A stretch of 64,000 nt of DNA from Escherichia coli (GTDB lineage Bacteria > Pseudomonadota > Gammaproteobacteria > Enterobacterales > Enterobacteriaceae), in assembly GCF_003790525.1 (NCBI RefSeq), contig NZ_CP033635.1; one strand, 5' to 3'. Below are positions 23,354 through 38,484 of the stretch, one piece after another; within the stretch, counting starts at the first letter, position 1, and the number at the start of each line of letters is the position of its first letter. The notes beneath the pieces are model-generated. The model did not search any database. It was not told the DNA's origin and saw only the letters and a list, made by a program, of their open reading frames with translations. The position numbers were made by a program, and so were the translations under genes.

Positions 23354-24574
23354 TTAGCTCAAGGTATGGGTTACTTCCTGAATTTTGTCACCATCCAGCT
23401 CATGTTCAAAGCTGCGCAGACGTTTGTAGATAGACATCAACTCAACCAGTGTGGTCCATGAGTTAATCAGGTACTGGAAAGCTCCGCGAACCTGACCAAA
23501 AACGTTGGTAATCTGCGTCATCAGGCCGAGCGTAATCGTACCGGCAACAATTGACGGAAACAGCAAGAACAAACCGAAAACGTTATCGACCTGCAAATAG
23601 AGAATGCGGGCGATGTTGAAATACATATAGTGAAAATAGAGGCGGAAATAGTTTTTCCGTACGGCGCTAAACAGCTCGCGTACCGTAGGCGGCGTCGCGC
23701 GCGTGGCATCGTCTTCACCATAAACCAGCTCTTTACGGTAGGCAGCCTCTACACGCTGGTTTTTAAACTCCAGCCCCGGCAGTTTGATCCCTACCACTGC
23801 CAGTAATCCGGTCCCCATCAGCGACCAGACGATAGCGGCAATCACCAGACCATACGGAATGTGCCCGACAATCGGCAGCTCCGGCACATGCGCGGAGAGC
23901 GTTACCAGCACCGGCAGGAAGGCGATCAACGTCATGATAGCGTTGATAAAGCTGACGCCCATATTCTCCAGCGTTGAAGCAAAACGCATGGTGTCTTCCT
24001 GCACACGCTGTGCGGCACCTTCGATATGACGCAGTTGTTGCCAGTTCGCCATGTAATATTCGTTCATCGCCGTACGCCAGCGGAACACGTAGTGACTGAC
24101 AAAGAAGTTGTTCAGCACACTGATCACCACCGCGATCAGCGCAATCCCCAGAAAGACGCCAACTTCGCGGTAAAATTGTTCGATGGTGACTTTATGCGGC
24201 GAACTTAGCGCGGTTTGAATCAGATCATAGAACGGCGCATACCAGGCGTTGACGGCGACCCCGACTTCCACCAAAAACCAGGTGACGAAGATGATCAGTG
24301 CAGTACCGAGTATTGACCAGTATTGCCAACGATGCGGGCTGTAGATAAACCAGAACAATGCAAAAAGTCCTACGCAAACAATGTAGTAAGCGTAAAAAAT
24401 CAAGAAATCCAACGACCAGAAACGCGCGGCGCTAATCGGGATCTGCCCGGAAGCTCCGGTGATACGCGCCACCCAATCCCCCCCACCGGCTTGCCAGAAG
24501 ATAACGGCAATCAATGCCCAAACAAAGGCCGAGAGAAAAAACGGTCCCGGCTTTGGGAAAAAAGACTTAAACAT
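23354..24574 (-). CDS. sbmA: Peptide antibiotic/microcin transporter SbmA
   Basis: ORF 23354-24580; start placed at [22 protein letters not shown]...; polytopic membrane protein, 406 aa. Confidence 0.92.
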   Translation of the reverse strand: MFKSFFPKPGPFFLSAFVWALIAVIFWQAGGGDWVARITGASGQIPISAARFWSLDFLIFYAYYIVCVGLFALFWFIYSPHRWQYWSILGTALIIFVTWFLVEVGVAVNAWYAPFYDLIQTALSSPHKVTIEQFYREVGVFLGIALIAVVISVLNNFFVSHYVFRWRTAMNEYYMANWQQLRHIEGAAQRVQEDTMRFASTLENMGVSFINAIMTLIAFLPVLVTLSAHVPELPIVGHIPYGLVIAAIVWSLMGTGLLAVVGIKLPGLEFKNQRVEAAYRKELVYGEDDATRATPPTVRELFSAVRKNYFRLYFHYMYFNIARILYLQVDNVFGLFLLFPSIVAGTITLGLMTQITNVFGQVRGAFQYLINSWTTLVELMSIYKRLRSFEHELDGDKIQEVTHTLS

Positions 24575-24925
24575 ATGCACTCCTGCTAACTTCTTATCGT
24601 TTTAACAACTGCTGTGTATTAACCGCATGACCGCTACAAAGCGTCAGCCAAATGAAACCGCCCATTGTGACCCATAGCAAGGCGCTTAGTTCGCCAGCCT
24701 GAGCATAAGAATTGTTTCGACGGATTTCACAAACCAAAGATTGTTTACATAAGCGGATTAACACGCGCAGGATCACAAATGCAGGCATTGGTGAGCAGGA
24801 AAAAGATCGTGTTTACGCGCCGTTACGTTTTTAACACTATTATTGCACTAATTCGCCCTTTGCAATCCATCAATGAGTAGTATAAATACGCTCAGTTACC
24901 TTCATTCAATTTATGGACACCACCG

Positions 24926-26083
24926 TTGAAACGTAGTCTGCTTTTTTCTGCCGTGCTGTGTGCGGCGTCATTGACCTCCGTCCATGCGGCGCAGCCGATC
25001 ACTGAACCGGAGTTCGCCTCTGATATTGTCGATCGTTATGCCGATCATATTTTTTACGGCAGCGGTGCCACGGGGATGGCGCTGGTTGTTATCGACGGTA
25101 ACCAGCGCGTCTTTCGCAGTTATGGCGAAACGCGACCTGGTAATAACGTTCGCCCGCAGCTGGATTCGGTAGTGCGTATTGCTTCCCTCACCAAGCTAAT
25201 GACCAGTGAAATGCTGGTGAAATTGCTCGACCAGGGGACCGTGAAGTTAAACGATCCGCTAAGTAAATATGCTCCGCCAGGCGCACGCGTGCCAACCTAC
25301 AATGGGACGCCCATTACGCTGGTGAATCTGGCAACCCATACCAGCGCCCTGCCCCGTGAACAGCCCGGTGGCGCGGCACATCGTCCGGTATTTGTCTGGC
25401 CAACGCGCGAGCAACGCTGGAAATACCTTTCCACTGCCAAACTAAAAGCCGCGCCGGGCAGCCAGGCCGCGTACTCCAACCTCGCATTCGATCTGCTGGC
25501 AGATGCACTGGCGAATGCGTCCGGCAAGCCTTATACCCAGTTGTTTGAAGAGCAGATTACCCGTCCATTGGGGATGAAAGACACCACCTACACCCCCTCG
25601 CCGGATCAGTGCCGCCGTTTAATGGTGGCAGAGCGCGGTGCCAGTCCATGCAATAACACGCTGGCGGCAATTGGCAGCGGCGGCGTCTATTCCACGCCTG
25701 GCGATATGATGCGCTGGATGCAGCAGTATTTGTCATCTGATTTTTATCAGCGCAGTAATCAGGCAGATCGCATGCAGACGTTGATTTATCAGCGCGCGCA
25801 GTTTACGAAAGTGATTGGCATGGATGTCCCCGGCAAAGCGGATGCGCTTGGTTTAGGCTGGGTATATATGGCCCCGAAAGAGGGTCGTCCGGGGATTATT
25901 CAGAAGACAGGCGGTGGTGGCGGTTTCATTACCTATATGGCGATGATCCCGCAGAAGAATATTGGCGCATTTGTGGTGGTCACTCGTTCTCCATTGACGC
26001 GCTTTAAAAATATGAGCGATGGCATCAATGACCTGGTGACCGAACTGAGCGGGAATAAACCGTTGGTCATCCCCGCGTCCTGA
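24926..26083 (+). CDS. ampH: Penicillin-binding protein AmpH (class C beta-lactamase-like D-alanyl-D-alanine carboxypeptidase/endopeptidase)
   Basis: 385-aa ORF with signal peptide and SxxK motif (IASLTKLMT). Confidence 0.92.
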   Translation: MKRSLLFSAVLCAASLTSVHAAQPITEPEFASDIVDRYADHIFYGSGATGMALVVIDGNQRVFRSYGETRPGNNVRPQLDSVVRIASLTKLMTSEMLVKLLDQGTVKLNDPLSKYAPPGARVPTYNGTPITLVNLATHTSALPREQPGGAAHRPVFVWPTREQRWKYLSTAKLKAAPGSQAAYSNLAFDLLADALANASGKPYTQLFEEQITRPLGMKDTTYTPSPDQCRRLMVAERGASPCNNTLAAIGSGGVYSTPGDMMRWMQQYLSSDFYQRSNQADRMQTLIYQRAQFTKVIGMDVPGKADALGLGWVYMAPKEGRPGIIQKTGGGGGFITYMAMIPQKNIGAFVVVTRSPLTRFKNMSDGINDLVTELSGNKPLVIPAS

Positions 26084-26766
<683 letters not shown>

Positions 26767-26780
26767 AACCTATTTCTTCA

Positions 26781-29702
<2,922 letters not shown>

Positions 29703-30190
29703 TTGTCATCCCTCCTCAGGGACGTAATAAGTTGATCCATCAATTATCAATGCATAGAAAACATATTATGTTTCGCGCTAACGATTATGCGGCGTTATTG
29801 AGGAATGGTTCAATTATTCTTTCCCCGAAGTCCGGTTACGGACATATATAAAGCACGGAGGAACACACAAAGAAAAAATTGATAAAAGCTTAATGTTTCA
29901 ACAAGTTAACAGGAGTTCCATTTTTAAAGCATATGCATTTAAAATATCAAACACACAAACCAGACAAATAATCTATCAATAACCAATGAACTTTAAATCA
30001 TTCCGTTTTTGAAAACGTCACCAAATCCCCAAAAACAATAATCTATAGCTATAAATAAAAATTAAAAATATTTTCAATGAATATAAATTTATTGCTATTT
30101 CTATTACAAAGATGTCCTGACCTCTCATTCATTCTCTTCTTGTCAACATCGCGACAACTTTCGTAAAACATCCCCACCCTGCTTCAGGTA
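29703..30190. promoter_or_regulatory. AT-rich divergent yaiT / hemB promoter region
   Basis: About 490 bp of visibly AT-rich non-coding DNA with A/T tracts between divergent genes. Confidence 0.5.
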
Positions 30191-30227
30191 TACTATGCCC
30201 CTCGATTCCACAAACATCAGGCAGACC

Positions 30228-31202
30228 ATGACCGACTTAATCCAACGCCCTCGTCGCCTGCGCAAATCTCCTGCGCTGCGCGCTATGTTTGAAGAGACAA
30301 CACTTAGCCTTAACGACCTGGTGTTGCCGATCTTTGTTGAAGAAGAAATTGACGACTACAAAGCCGTTGAAGCCATGCCAGGCGTGATGCGCATTCCAGA
30401 GAAACATCTGGCACGCGAAATTGAACGTATCGCCAACGCAGGTATTCGTTCCGTGATGACTTTCGGCATCTCTCACCATACCGATGAAACCGGCAGCGAT
30501 GCCTGGCGGGAAGATGGTCTGGTGGCGCGTATGTCGCGCATCTGCAAGCAGACCGTGCCAGAAATGATCGTCATGTCAGACACCTGTTTCTGTGAATACA
30601 CTTCTCACGGTCACTGCGGTGTGCTGTGCGAGCATGGCGTCGACAACGACGCGACCCTGGAAAATTTAGGCAAGCAGGCCGTGGTTGCAGCTGCTGCAGG
30701 TGCAGACTTCATCGCCCCTTCCGCCGCAATGGATGGCCAGGTACAAGCGATTCGCCAGGCGCTGGACGCTGCGGGCTTTAAAGATACGGCGATTATGTCG
30801 TATTCGACCAAGTTTGCCTCTTCCTTTTATGGCCCGTTCCGTGAAGCTGCCGGAAGCGCATTAAAAGGCGACCGCAAAAGCTATCAGATGAACCCAATGA
30901 ACCGTCGTGAGGCGATTCATGAGTCACTGCTGGATGAAGCCCAGGGCGCAGACTGCCTGATGGTTAAACCTGCTGGAGCGTACCTCGACATCGTGCGTGA
31001 GCTGCGTGAACGTACTGAATTGCCGATTGGCGCGTATCAGGTGAGCGGTGAGTATGCGATGATTAAGTTCGCCGCGCTGGCGGGTGCTATAGATGAAGAG
31101 AAAGTTGTGCTCGAAAGCTTAGGTTCGATTAAGCGTGCGGGTGCGGATCTGATTTTCAGCTACTTTGCGCTGGATTTGGCTGAGAAGAAGATTCTGCGTT
31201 AA
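30228..31202 (+). CDS. hemB: Porphobilinogen synthase (delta-aminolevulinate dehydratase)
   Basis: ORF 30195-31202; start placed at [23 protein letters not shown]... (324 aa). Confidence 0.95.
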   Translation: MTDLIQRPRRLRKSPALRAMFEETTLSLNDLVLPIFVEEEIDDYKAVEAMPGVMRIPEKHLAREIERIANAGIRSVMTFGISHHTDETGSDAWREDGLVARMSRICKQTVPEMIVMSDTCFCEYTSHGHCGVLCEHGVDNDATLENLGKQAVVAAAAGADFIAPSAAMDGQVQAIRQALDAAGFKDTAIMSYSTKFASSFYGPFREAAGSALKGDRKSYQMNPMNRREAIHESLLDEAQGADCLMVKPAGAYLDIVRELRERTELPIGAYQVSGEYAMIKFAALAGAIDEEKVVLESLGSIKRAGADLIFSYFALDLAEKKILR

Positions 31203-31241
31203 TGATCATTATGCCGGGTTATCCAACCCGGCATTTCCCCC

Positions 31242-32093
31242 TTACCCCGCCCGATAAAACGGTTTATCCCCAAGGATCGTCGCCCGATGCATAATCCGCC
31301 GCTGTGGCAGGTAATCCGCATTGGCATAGTGCTGAGTCACGCGGTTATCCCAAATCGCGATATCATTTGGCTGCCAACGCCAACGCACCTGAAACTCCGG
31401 TTTGGTGATATGGGCAAACAAAAAACTTAACAAGGCTTCGCTCTCTTTCTCGCTCACATCAACAATTCGCGTAGTAAAGCCTTCATTCACAAACAGCGCC
31501 TGTTTACCGCTCACCGGATGCGTTCGCACCACCGGATGTAGCAACGGCGGATTTTTCGCGACCGCCTCGCGCCAGCGTTGATGCTCCTCCTCGGTTTTGC
31601 GGTATTTGTATTCCGGGAACGATTTACGGAAATCATGCTCCGCACGCAGCCCGCTCAGCAGCTGGCGGAAGGGAACAGAGAGCGCCTCATAGGCCGCAAT
31701 ACCGCTGGTCCAGAGCGTATCGCCGCCGGTCGAGGGTAACTCTTTTGCCGCCAGAATCGCCCCTGCGGGTGGCGTTTCAATAAATGTCACATCGGTATGC
31801 CAGTTGTCGTTATCTGGCGGATTATCGTTATGGGTATCCAGGACGATGATCTCGTCAACCCCTTCGGCATGAGGGTAAACAGGGTGAATATGCAGTTCGC
31901 CAAAACGCTGGGCCAGCGCGCGTTGCTGCTGCGGCGTAATAGCTTGATCGCGCAGAAACACCACCTGATGGCGTAGCACCGCATGGTAAAGCTGTTCAAA
32001 CTGATTATCGCTTAACGGGCGCGTCAGGTCGGCACCCGAAATTTGTGCGCCGATATACGGCCCCAGCGGGGTAATGCTCAGACGTTCACTCAT
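31242..32093 (-). CDS. tauD: Taurine dioxygenase (alpha-ketoglutarate dependent)
   Basis: 283-aa [30 protein letters not shown]...; HxD...H iron-binding motif (WHTDVTF). Confidence 0.95.
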
Positions 32094-32917
32094 TGTACTT
32101 CTCCATGCCAGGGCGTCAGACGGCGCTGTAACGCGCGCAAACCCAGTTCTAAAAGAAAGGCGATAATCGCAATCACCGCGATCCCCGCCAGCACCACGTC
32201 AGTCGCGAGAAATTCACCCGCTGACTGAACCATAAATCCTAAACCGCGCGTCGCGGCAATCAGCTCCGCCGCTACCAGCGTAGACCAGCCCACACCCAGA
32301 CCAATGCGTAATCCGGTGAGGATTTCCGGCAGCGCGCCGGGCAAAATGACAAACCACAGCACCTGCGCACGGCTGGCACCCAGCGACTGGGCGGCACGAA
32401 TGCGAACCTGCTGCGCGCTTTTCACCCCCGCCAGCGCCGACATCGCTACCGGGGCAAAAATCGCTAAATAGATCAGTAAGATCTTCGAAGTTTCACCAAT
32501 ACCAAACCAGATCACCATCAGCGGCAAATAAGCCAGCGGCGGCACCGGACGATAAAGCTCGATTATCGGATCCAGAATGCCGCGCACCGTCGGGCTTAGT
32601 CCCATGGCGATCCCGACCGGAATGCCGATCAACACCGCCGCGAGTAGCGCCAGCAAAATGCGCGTCAGGCTGGCTGCCAGATGCTGCCACAGCGTGGCGT
32701 CCATAAATCCCTGCGGTCCGGCAATGGTGAGCAGTTTTGCCAGTACCTGTTGCGGTGGCGGCAAAAACAGCGGGCTAATCAGTTGCAGCGCCGCGACTGC
32801 CCACCATACAGTGAGCAAAACCGCTAACGTACCAATGCTTAAGGTCACCTGACGCGAGAGCGGCCAGCGCCATTTCAGCCGATGCGAATGCAGTTTTTCA
32901 TTAATGAGCACACTCAT
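32090..32917 (-). CDS. tauC: Taurine ABC transporter permease
   Basis: 275-aa ORF, ABC permease; 4-bp overlaps with tauB and tauD. Confidence 0.93.
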   Translation of the reverse strand: MSVLINEKLHSHRLKWRWPLSRQVTLSIGTLAVLLTVWWAVAALQLISPLFLPPPQQVLAKLLTIAGPQGFMDATLWQHLAASLTRILLALLAAVLIGIPVGIAMGLSPTVRGILDPIIELYRPVPPLAYLPLMVIWFGIGETSKILLIYLAIFAPVAMSALAGVKSAQQVRIRAAQSLGASRAQVLWFVILPGALPEILTGLRIGLGVGWSTLVAAELIAATRGLGFMVQSAGEFLATDVVLAGIAVIAIIAFLLELGLRALQRRLTPWHGEVQ

Positions 32918-33681
32918 GAGAATGCCTCCCGTTGCTCAAATACGCGGCTTAAAACATATTCGCGCATGGCGATGAATTGTGGATCGGACTTGATGCTGCG
33001 GCTCGGTTCCCCGGCAACAAAGCGGCGAGCAAAGTTGAGCGGCAGCCGCTCCAGCACGCGGCCAGGGCCGGATGAAAGCAGAACCAGTTCAGTCGCCATA
33101 AACACCGCTTCTTCTATATCGTGGGTAATCAACAGCACCTGCTTGCCCGTCTCCTGCCAGAGTTTCAGCAGCAGGGTTTGCATCTGATCGCGGGTGAAGG
33201 CGTCCAGCGCGCCAAACGGTTCGTCGAGTAATAACAGCTGGGGATTCGCCGCCAGCGCGCGGGTAATCCCCACCCGCTGACGTTGACCGCCGGAAAGCTG
33301 CCAGATGTAGCGTTTTTCCGCCCCTTCCAGGCCGACTTTTTTCAGCATCTGGTGCGCGATTTCCAGTCGCTGCATTTTCTCTACGCCTGCCAGTTGCAGG
33401 CCGAATGCCACGTTGTCCTGTACATTGCGCCACGGTAGTAGCCCTTCATTCTGAAAAACTACGCCACGCTCTGCTCCCGGTCCCTCAATACGCTTACCCG
33501 CCAGTTGAATGCTGCCATGCTGATAAGGCACAAAACCGGCAATCAGATTCAGCAAGGTGGTTTTGCCGCAGCCAGACGGTCCCAGAACCACCAGAAGCTC
33601 GCCGCTTTCCAGCGTCAGGTTGATATCTTCCAGTGCCGGTTTGCCGCCATAATCGGCGTAAAGATGAGAGATTTGCAGCAT
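32914..33681 (-). CDS. tauB: Taurine ABC transporter ATP-binding protein
   Basis: 255-aa ORF with Walker [13 protein letters not shown] signature LSGGQRQR, Walker B LLLLDEP. Confidence 0.95.
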   Translation of the reverse strand: MLQISHLYADYGGKPALEDINLTLESGELLVVLGPSGCGKTTLLNLIAGFVPYQHGSIQLAGKRIEGPGAERGVVFQNEGLLPWRNVQDNVAFGLQLAGVEKMQRLEIAHQMLKKVGLEGAEKRYIWQLSGGQRQRVGITRALAANPQLLLLDEPFGALDAFTRDQMQTLLLKLWQETGKQVLLITHDIEEAVFMATELVLLSSGPGRVLERLPLNFARRFVAGEPSRSIKSDPQFIAMREYVLSRVFEQREAFS

Positions 33682-33694
33682 CTGCTGCCTCCTT

Positions 33695-34657
33695 TTATTG
33701 CACGAAGCGCGAGGTCACGTACTGGCTGTAATCATTCGCCACGGCAGGGACTTTACCCTGATCTTTCAAAAACTGCGCGGTATCGATGATCGCTTTATTC
33801 ACCGGTCCGGTCAGTTCTGCCGTTTGTTGCTGCGGCGTCAGATAGGTATTCCCCTTCACCAGCCCCGGAACGTCACCTTCAGGCACGCCGCTTAACCGCG
33901 CCAGTTTGCTGATGTTTTCCGGCTGTTTCAGCCACGCGTCTGGGTTAGCAATGTACGGTTGCTGAGCATCGATGGCGCTTTTAGCGAACGCTTTCACGAC
34001 CTCAGGATGTTTCTCGGCAAAATCTTTGCGCACTACCCAGACATCCAGCGTCGGCGCACCCCACTGCCCGACCTGTTCAGAATCGGTCAGCACCTTGCCG
34101 TCTTTTTCCAGGGCGTTAACCGCCGGTGCCCAGACATAAGCACCATCAATGTCTCCCCGCTGCCATGCAGCGATAATCGCGGGCGGCTGCAGGTTCACAA
34201 TCTCCACTTGCCCGGGTTTAATACCCCAGTGTTTCAGCGCCGCCAGCAGGCTGTAGTGGGTGGTGGAGATAAACGGTACGGCGATGCGCTTGCCAATCAG
34301 ATCTTCCGGTTTGCTGATAGTTTTCTTTACCACCAGCGCTTCGGAGTTACCCAGTTTTGACGCCAGCAAGAAGACTTCAATCGGCACCTGTTGGCTGGTT
34401 GCAACCGCTAACGGGCTGGAACCGAGGTTGCCGATTTGCACGTCGCCTGAAGCCAGCGCCCGCACGATGCTGGCTCCGCTGTCAAACTTACGCCAGTCCA
34501 CGGTTGCTCCGCTTTCTTTAGCAAAGGTGTTGTCGGCCTGAGCCACTTTCGCCGGTTCGGCGGAGGTTTGATACGCCACGGTGACGTTCACCGCCTGCGC
34601 CTGAAAAGCGATGAATGCCAGTGCGGCAAGAAGTGTGTTACGCGATGAAATTGCCAT
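33695..34657 (-). CDS. tauA: Taurine ABC transporter periplasmic binding protein
   Basis: ORF 33695-34714; start placed at [22 protein letters not shown] (signal peptide), 320 aa. Confidence 0.93.
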   Translation of the reverse strand: MAISSRNTLLAALAFIAFQAQAVNVTVAYQTSAEPAKVAQADNTFAKESGATVDWRKFDSGASIVRALASGDVQIGNLGSSPLAVATSQQVPIEVFLLASKLGNSEALVVKKTISKPEDLIGKRIAVPFISTTHYSLLAALKHWGIKPGQVEIVNLQPPAIIAAWQRGDIDGAYVWAPAVNALEKDGKVLTDSEQVGQWGAPTLDVWVVRKDFAEKHPEVVKAFAKSAIDAQQPYIANPDAWLKQPENISKLARLSGVPEGDVPGLVKGNTYLTPQQQTAELTGPVNKAIIDTAQFLKDQGKVPAVANDYSQYVTSRFVQ

Positions 34658-34714
34658 GATTGTCTGCTCCCCTGTCTTGTTATGGGAGCAGTATTCAGGA
34701 ATAAAAACATTCAT

Positions 34715-35272
34715 TAAAAGAATTAGTCGTTATCGCACAGATGATTTTATTCTTAGCAAAAAAACGGCAAAGGAAAGATTAAATATGCAATTACTCCGTT
34801 CTAACAATTGGGAAAATTACTACACTTCATTTTAGTGATGCATAAACAACCACATTACGAGATTTATTACTTCATTATTTCTATCAATATCAATACATAT
34901 AATAAAACTATTATATTCGCATTGTATATATCACTGTATCATTCTCAATCACTCGCATATTACATTCACATAATGTATATAAACAATACTTGTTCACAGA
35001 ACATATTTTTTAAATGCAATTAATTGACAAACTAAATCACATCTAAATACAATGTATAAAACAAAATAACTATACATACCAAACATACAAACACTTAACA
35101 TATGAATTGCATAAAAACATTACCCAGTCGAACCTCCGGGTCTGAAAGCCCTTGCTTTTCAGTTATTAGCAACATTTAACATTTATAAATTAACATCTGG
35201 CTGCGCCAGAGATTACGTCTCTGAGTGCATCGTTGTGCTTGTAGTATAATAAATAAAATGGAGTGTCATTAA
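34715..35272. promoter_or_regulatory. Very AT-rich intergenic region (divergent tauA / yaiS promoters)
   Basis: About 560 bp dominated by A/T with numerous ATA/TAT/CATA repeats; tataat-like -10 near 35243-35248 upstream of yaiS. Confidence 0.5.
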
Positions 35273-35944
35273 GTGGATAAGGTTTTAGATTCAGCCCTCC
35301 TTTCTTCGGCAAATAAAAGAAAGGGTATCCTTGCTATTGGCGCACATCCTGACGATATAGAATTAGGCTGTGGCGCATCGCTTGCTCGTCTTGCGCAAAA
35401 AGGAATTTATATCGCAGCCGTGGTGATGACTACCGGCAACTCTGGCACAGATGGAATAATCGATCGCCATGAAGAATCGCGCAACGCCCTAAAGATATTA
35501 GGGTGCCACCAAACTATTCATCTTAATTTTGCTGACACCCGCGCTCATTTACAGCTCAATGATATGATTTCCGCCCTGGAAGACATCATTAAAAATCAAA
35601 TTCCTTCTGATGTTGAAATCATGCGGGTATATACCATGCATGATGCTGACCGCCATCAGGATCATCTTGCAGTCTATCAAGCCTCAATGGTTGCCTGCCG
35701 AACTATTCCACAAATTCTCGGCTACGAAACCCCAAGTACCTGGCTTTCATTTATGCCTCAGGTTTTTGAATCCGTTAAAGAAGAATATTTCACAGTCAAA
35801 CTTGCTGCATTAAAAAAACATAAAAGCCAGGAACGACGCGATTATATGCGTCATGATCGCCTGCGTGCAGTTGCACAATTTCGCGGGCAACAGGTCAATA
35901 GCGATCTGGGTGAAGGCTTTGTAATTCATAAAATGATTCTTTGA
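35273..35944 (+). CDS. yaiS: LmbE/PIG-L family N-acetylglucosaminyl deacetylase YaiS
   Basis: ORF with GTG start; N-terminal AHPDDIELGCG motif typical of LmbE-like deacetylases; true start uncertain. Confidence 0.8.
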   Translation: MDKVLDSALLSSANKRKGILAIGAHPDDIELGCGASLARLAQKGIYIAAVVMTTGNSGTDGIIDRHEESRNALKILGCHQTIHLNFADTRAHLQLNDMISALEDIIKNQIPSDVEIMRVYTMHDADRHQDHLAVYQASMVACRTIPQILGYETPSTWLSFMPQVFESVKEEYFTVKLAALKKHKSQERRDYMRHDRLRAVAQFRGQQVNSDLGEGFVIHKMIL

Positions 35945-35953
35945 GCAAATTGC

Positions 35954-37150
35954 ATGAAAACCTGGATATTTATCTGTATGGCCGTAGCAATATTGCTATG
36001 GTTCCTGAGTACGTTAAGGCGTAAGCCCAGCCAAAAAAAAGGCTGTATTGACGCCATTATACCTGCTTATAACGAAGGCCCGTGTCTGGCGCAGTCACTG
36101 GATAATCTGCTGCGTAACCCTTATTTTTGCCGGGTAATTTGCGTTAACGACGGCTCCACGGACAATACCGAAGCGGTCATGGCGGAAGTCAAACGCAAAT
36201 GGGGCGACCGCTTTATTGCCGTCACGCAAAAAAATACCGGTAAAGGTGGTGCGCTGATGAATGGCCTCAATTACGCCACCTGCGACCAGGTTTTTTTAAG
36301 TGATGCCGACACCTATGTTCCGCCCGATCAAGACGGAATGGGCTATATGCTGGCAGAAATAGAGCGCGGTGCTGATGCCGTAGGCGGCATTCCCTCTACT
36401 GCGTTGAAAGGCGCGGGTCTGTTACCGCACATCCGCGCGACCGTAAAGTTGCCGATGATTGTTATGAAGCGCACGCTACAGCAGCTCCTGGGCGGCGCAC
36501 CGTTTATTATCAGCGGTGCCTGCGGGATGTTCCGTACTGATGTATTGCGTAAGTTCGGTTTCTCTGATCGTACTAAAGTCGAAGACCTTGATCTCACCTG
36601 GACATTGGTGGCAAACGGCTATCGTATTCGGCAGGCGAATCGCTGCATCGTATACCCACAGGAATGCAACAGCCCGCGTGAGGAATGGCGTCGCTGGCGG
36701 CGTTGGATTGTGGGCTACGCGGTCTGTATGCGCCTGCATAAAAGACTTTTATTTAGCCGCTTCGGTATCTTCAGTATATTTCCTATGCTGTTGGTTGTGC
36801 TTTATGGCGTTGGGATTTATCTCACTACCTGGTTTAATGAATTCATCACCACCGGGCCGCATAGTGTGGTGTTGGCAATGTTTCCGCTTATCTGGGTCGG
36901 CGTAGTTTGTGTTATTGGTGCTTTTAGCGCCTGGTTTCATCGTTGCTGGTTGTTGGTGCCTTTAGCGCCGCTTTCCGTTGTGTATGTATTATTAGCTTAT
37001 GCCATCTGGATTATTTATGGACTTATTGCCTTTTTTACTGGACGCGAACCTCAGCGCGACAAACCCACCCGCTATTCCGCACTGGTGGAAGCGTCAACCG
37101 CTTATTCCCAACCTTCTGTCACAGGAACTGAAAAACTTTCTGAAGCTTAA
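35954..37150 (+). CDS. yaiP: Family 2 glycosyltransferase YaiP, with C-terminal membrane segments
   Basis: 398-aa ORF: GT-A signatures (IIPAYNEGP..., VNDGSTDNT, DAD) followed by several hydrophobic helices. Confidence 0.85.
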   Translation: MKTWIFICMAVAILLWFLSTLRRKPSQKKGCIDAIIPAYNEGPCLAQSLDNLLRNPYFCRVICVNDGSTDNTEAVMAEVKRKWGDRFIAVTQKNTGKGGALMNGLNYATCDQVFLSDADTYVPPDQDGMGYMLAEIERGADAVGGIPSTALKGAGLLPHIRATVKLPMIVMKRTLQQLLGGAPFIISGACGMFRTDVLRKFGFSDRTKVEDLDLTWTLVANGYRIRQANRCIVYPQECNSPREEWRRWRRWIVGYAVCMRLHKRLLFSRFGIFSIFPMLLVVLYGVGIYLTTWFNEFITTGPHSVVLAMFPLIWVGVVCVIGAFSAWFHRCWLLVPLAPLSVVYVLLAYAIWIIYGLIAFFTGREPQRDKPTRYSALVEASTAYSQPSVTGTEKLSEA

Positions 37151-37709
37151 TGTTAAAGAGAAAAATATTCAGATTGCAGACCAGGTAATTATTGATGAAA
37201 CTGCAGGTGAAGTTGTTATCGGCGCGAATACCCATATTTGTCACGGTGCCGTTATTCAGGGTCCGGTAGTGATTGGCGCAAACTGCCTGATAGGTAATTA
37301 TGCGTTTATTCGTCCTGGCACAATAATCAGCAATGGCGTAAAAATTGGTTTCGCCACCGAAATTAAAAATGCGGTTATTGAAGCGGAAGCAACGATTGGT
37401 CCGCAATGTTTTATTGCCGACTCGGTAGTCGCAAACCAGGCATATTTGGGCGCACAAGTACGTACCAGTAATCATCGTCTGGATGAACAGCCCGTGTCTG
37501 TTCGAACTCCAGAGGGAATTATCGCTACCGGATGCGATAAATTAGGTTGTTATATCGGACAGCGTTCACGCCTTGGCGTACAAGTTATTATTTTGCCTGG
37601 GCGAATTATTTCCCCGAACACGCAACTTGGCCCGCGCGTGATTGTAGAACGTAATTTACCTACCGGAACTTATTCACTCCGACAAGAACTTATCCGTACA
37701 GGAGATTAA
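36999..37709 (+). CDS. yaiX: Hexapeptide-repeat (left-handed beta-helix) acyl/acetyltransferase YaiX, apparently intact; start codon uncertain
   Basis: 236-aa ORF with repeated [LIV]G-x-x-x-x-I hexapeptides (VVIGANTHICHGAVIQGPVVIGANCLIGNYAFI...); the 5' 152 nt overlap yaiP in another frame, so the real start may lie downstream. Confidence 0.7.
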   Translation: MPSGLFMDLLPFLLDANLSATNPPAIPHWWKRQPLIPNLLSQELKNFLKLNVKEKNIQIADQVIIDETAGEVVIGANTHICHGAVIQGPVVIGANCLIGNYAFIRPGTIISNGVKIGFATEIKNAVIEAEATIGPQCFIADSVVANQAYLGAQVRTSNHRLDEQPVSVRTPEGIIATGCDKLGCYIGQRSRLGVQVIILPGRIISPNTQLGPRVIVERNLPTGTYSLRQELIRTGD

Positions 37710-37710
37710 A

Positions 37711-38484
37711 ATGATAAAACGGACGTTATTAGCGGCGGCCATTTTTAGCACATTGCCCGCTTATGCCGGGTTAACTTCCATTACCGCGGGCTACGATTTT
37801 ACCGATTATTCTGGCGATCATGGCAATCGTAATTTAGCGTATGCTGAACTGGTGGCGAAAGTTGAAAACGCAACGCTGCTTTTTAATCTTTCCCAGGGGC
37901 GTCGTGATTATGAAACTGAACATTTCAATGCCACTCGCGGTCAGGGTGCGGTCTGGTATAAATGGAATAACTGGCTGACAACCCGAACGGGTATTGCCTT
38001 TGCGGATAATACGCCGGTCTTTGCCCGCCAGGATTTTCGTCAGGATATTAACCTGGCACTGTTGCCAAAAACGCTTTTCACGACCGGTTATCGCTACACT
38101 AAATATTACGATGATGTCGAAGTCGATGCCTGGCAAGGCGGCGTATCCCTCTATACTGGCCCGGTGATCTCCAGCTACCGCTATACCCATTATGACTCCA
38201 GCGATGCAGGTGGTAGTTACAGCAATATGATTTCCGTGCGTCTGAATGACCCGCGCGGCACTGGTTATACGCAACTATGGCTAAGCCGCGGAACAGGCGC
38301 TTACACCTATGACTGGACGCCAGAAACACGCTACGGCAGCATGAAGAGCGTCAGTCTGCAACGTATTCAACCGCTGACTGAGCAACTTAATCTCGGGCTG
38401 ACGGCAGGTAAAGTGTGGTACGACACCCCAACCGATGATTATAACGGTCTGCAACTTGCAGCCCATCTGACCTGGAAATTCTGA
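37711..38484 (+). CDS. yaiO: Outer-membrane beta-barrel protein YaiO
   Basis: 257-aa ORF with signal peptide (MIKRTLLAAAIFSTLPAYA), alternating aromatic/hydrophilic beta-strand pattern, C-terminal ...LTWKF. Confidence 0.85.
   Translation: MIKRTLLAAAIFSTLPAYAGLTSITAGYDFTDYSGDHGNRNLAYAELVAKVENATLLFNLSQGRRDYETEHFNATRGQGAVWYKWNNWLTTRTGIAFADNTPVFARQDFRQDINLALLPKTLFTTGYRYTKYYDDVEVDAWQGGVSLYTGPVISSYRYTHYDSSDAGGSYSNMISVRLNDPRGTGYTQLWLSRGTGAYTYDWTPETRYGSMKSVSLQRIQPLTEQLNLGLTAGKVWYDTPTDDYNGLQLAAHLTWKF

Noticed and set aside
34611-35023. Two small ORFs (74 and 71 aa) in the AT-rich tauA-yaiS gap
   Set aside because: Low-complexity N/I/Y-rich translations from AT-rich DNA; far more likely promoter/curved DNA than genes.
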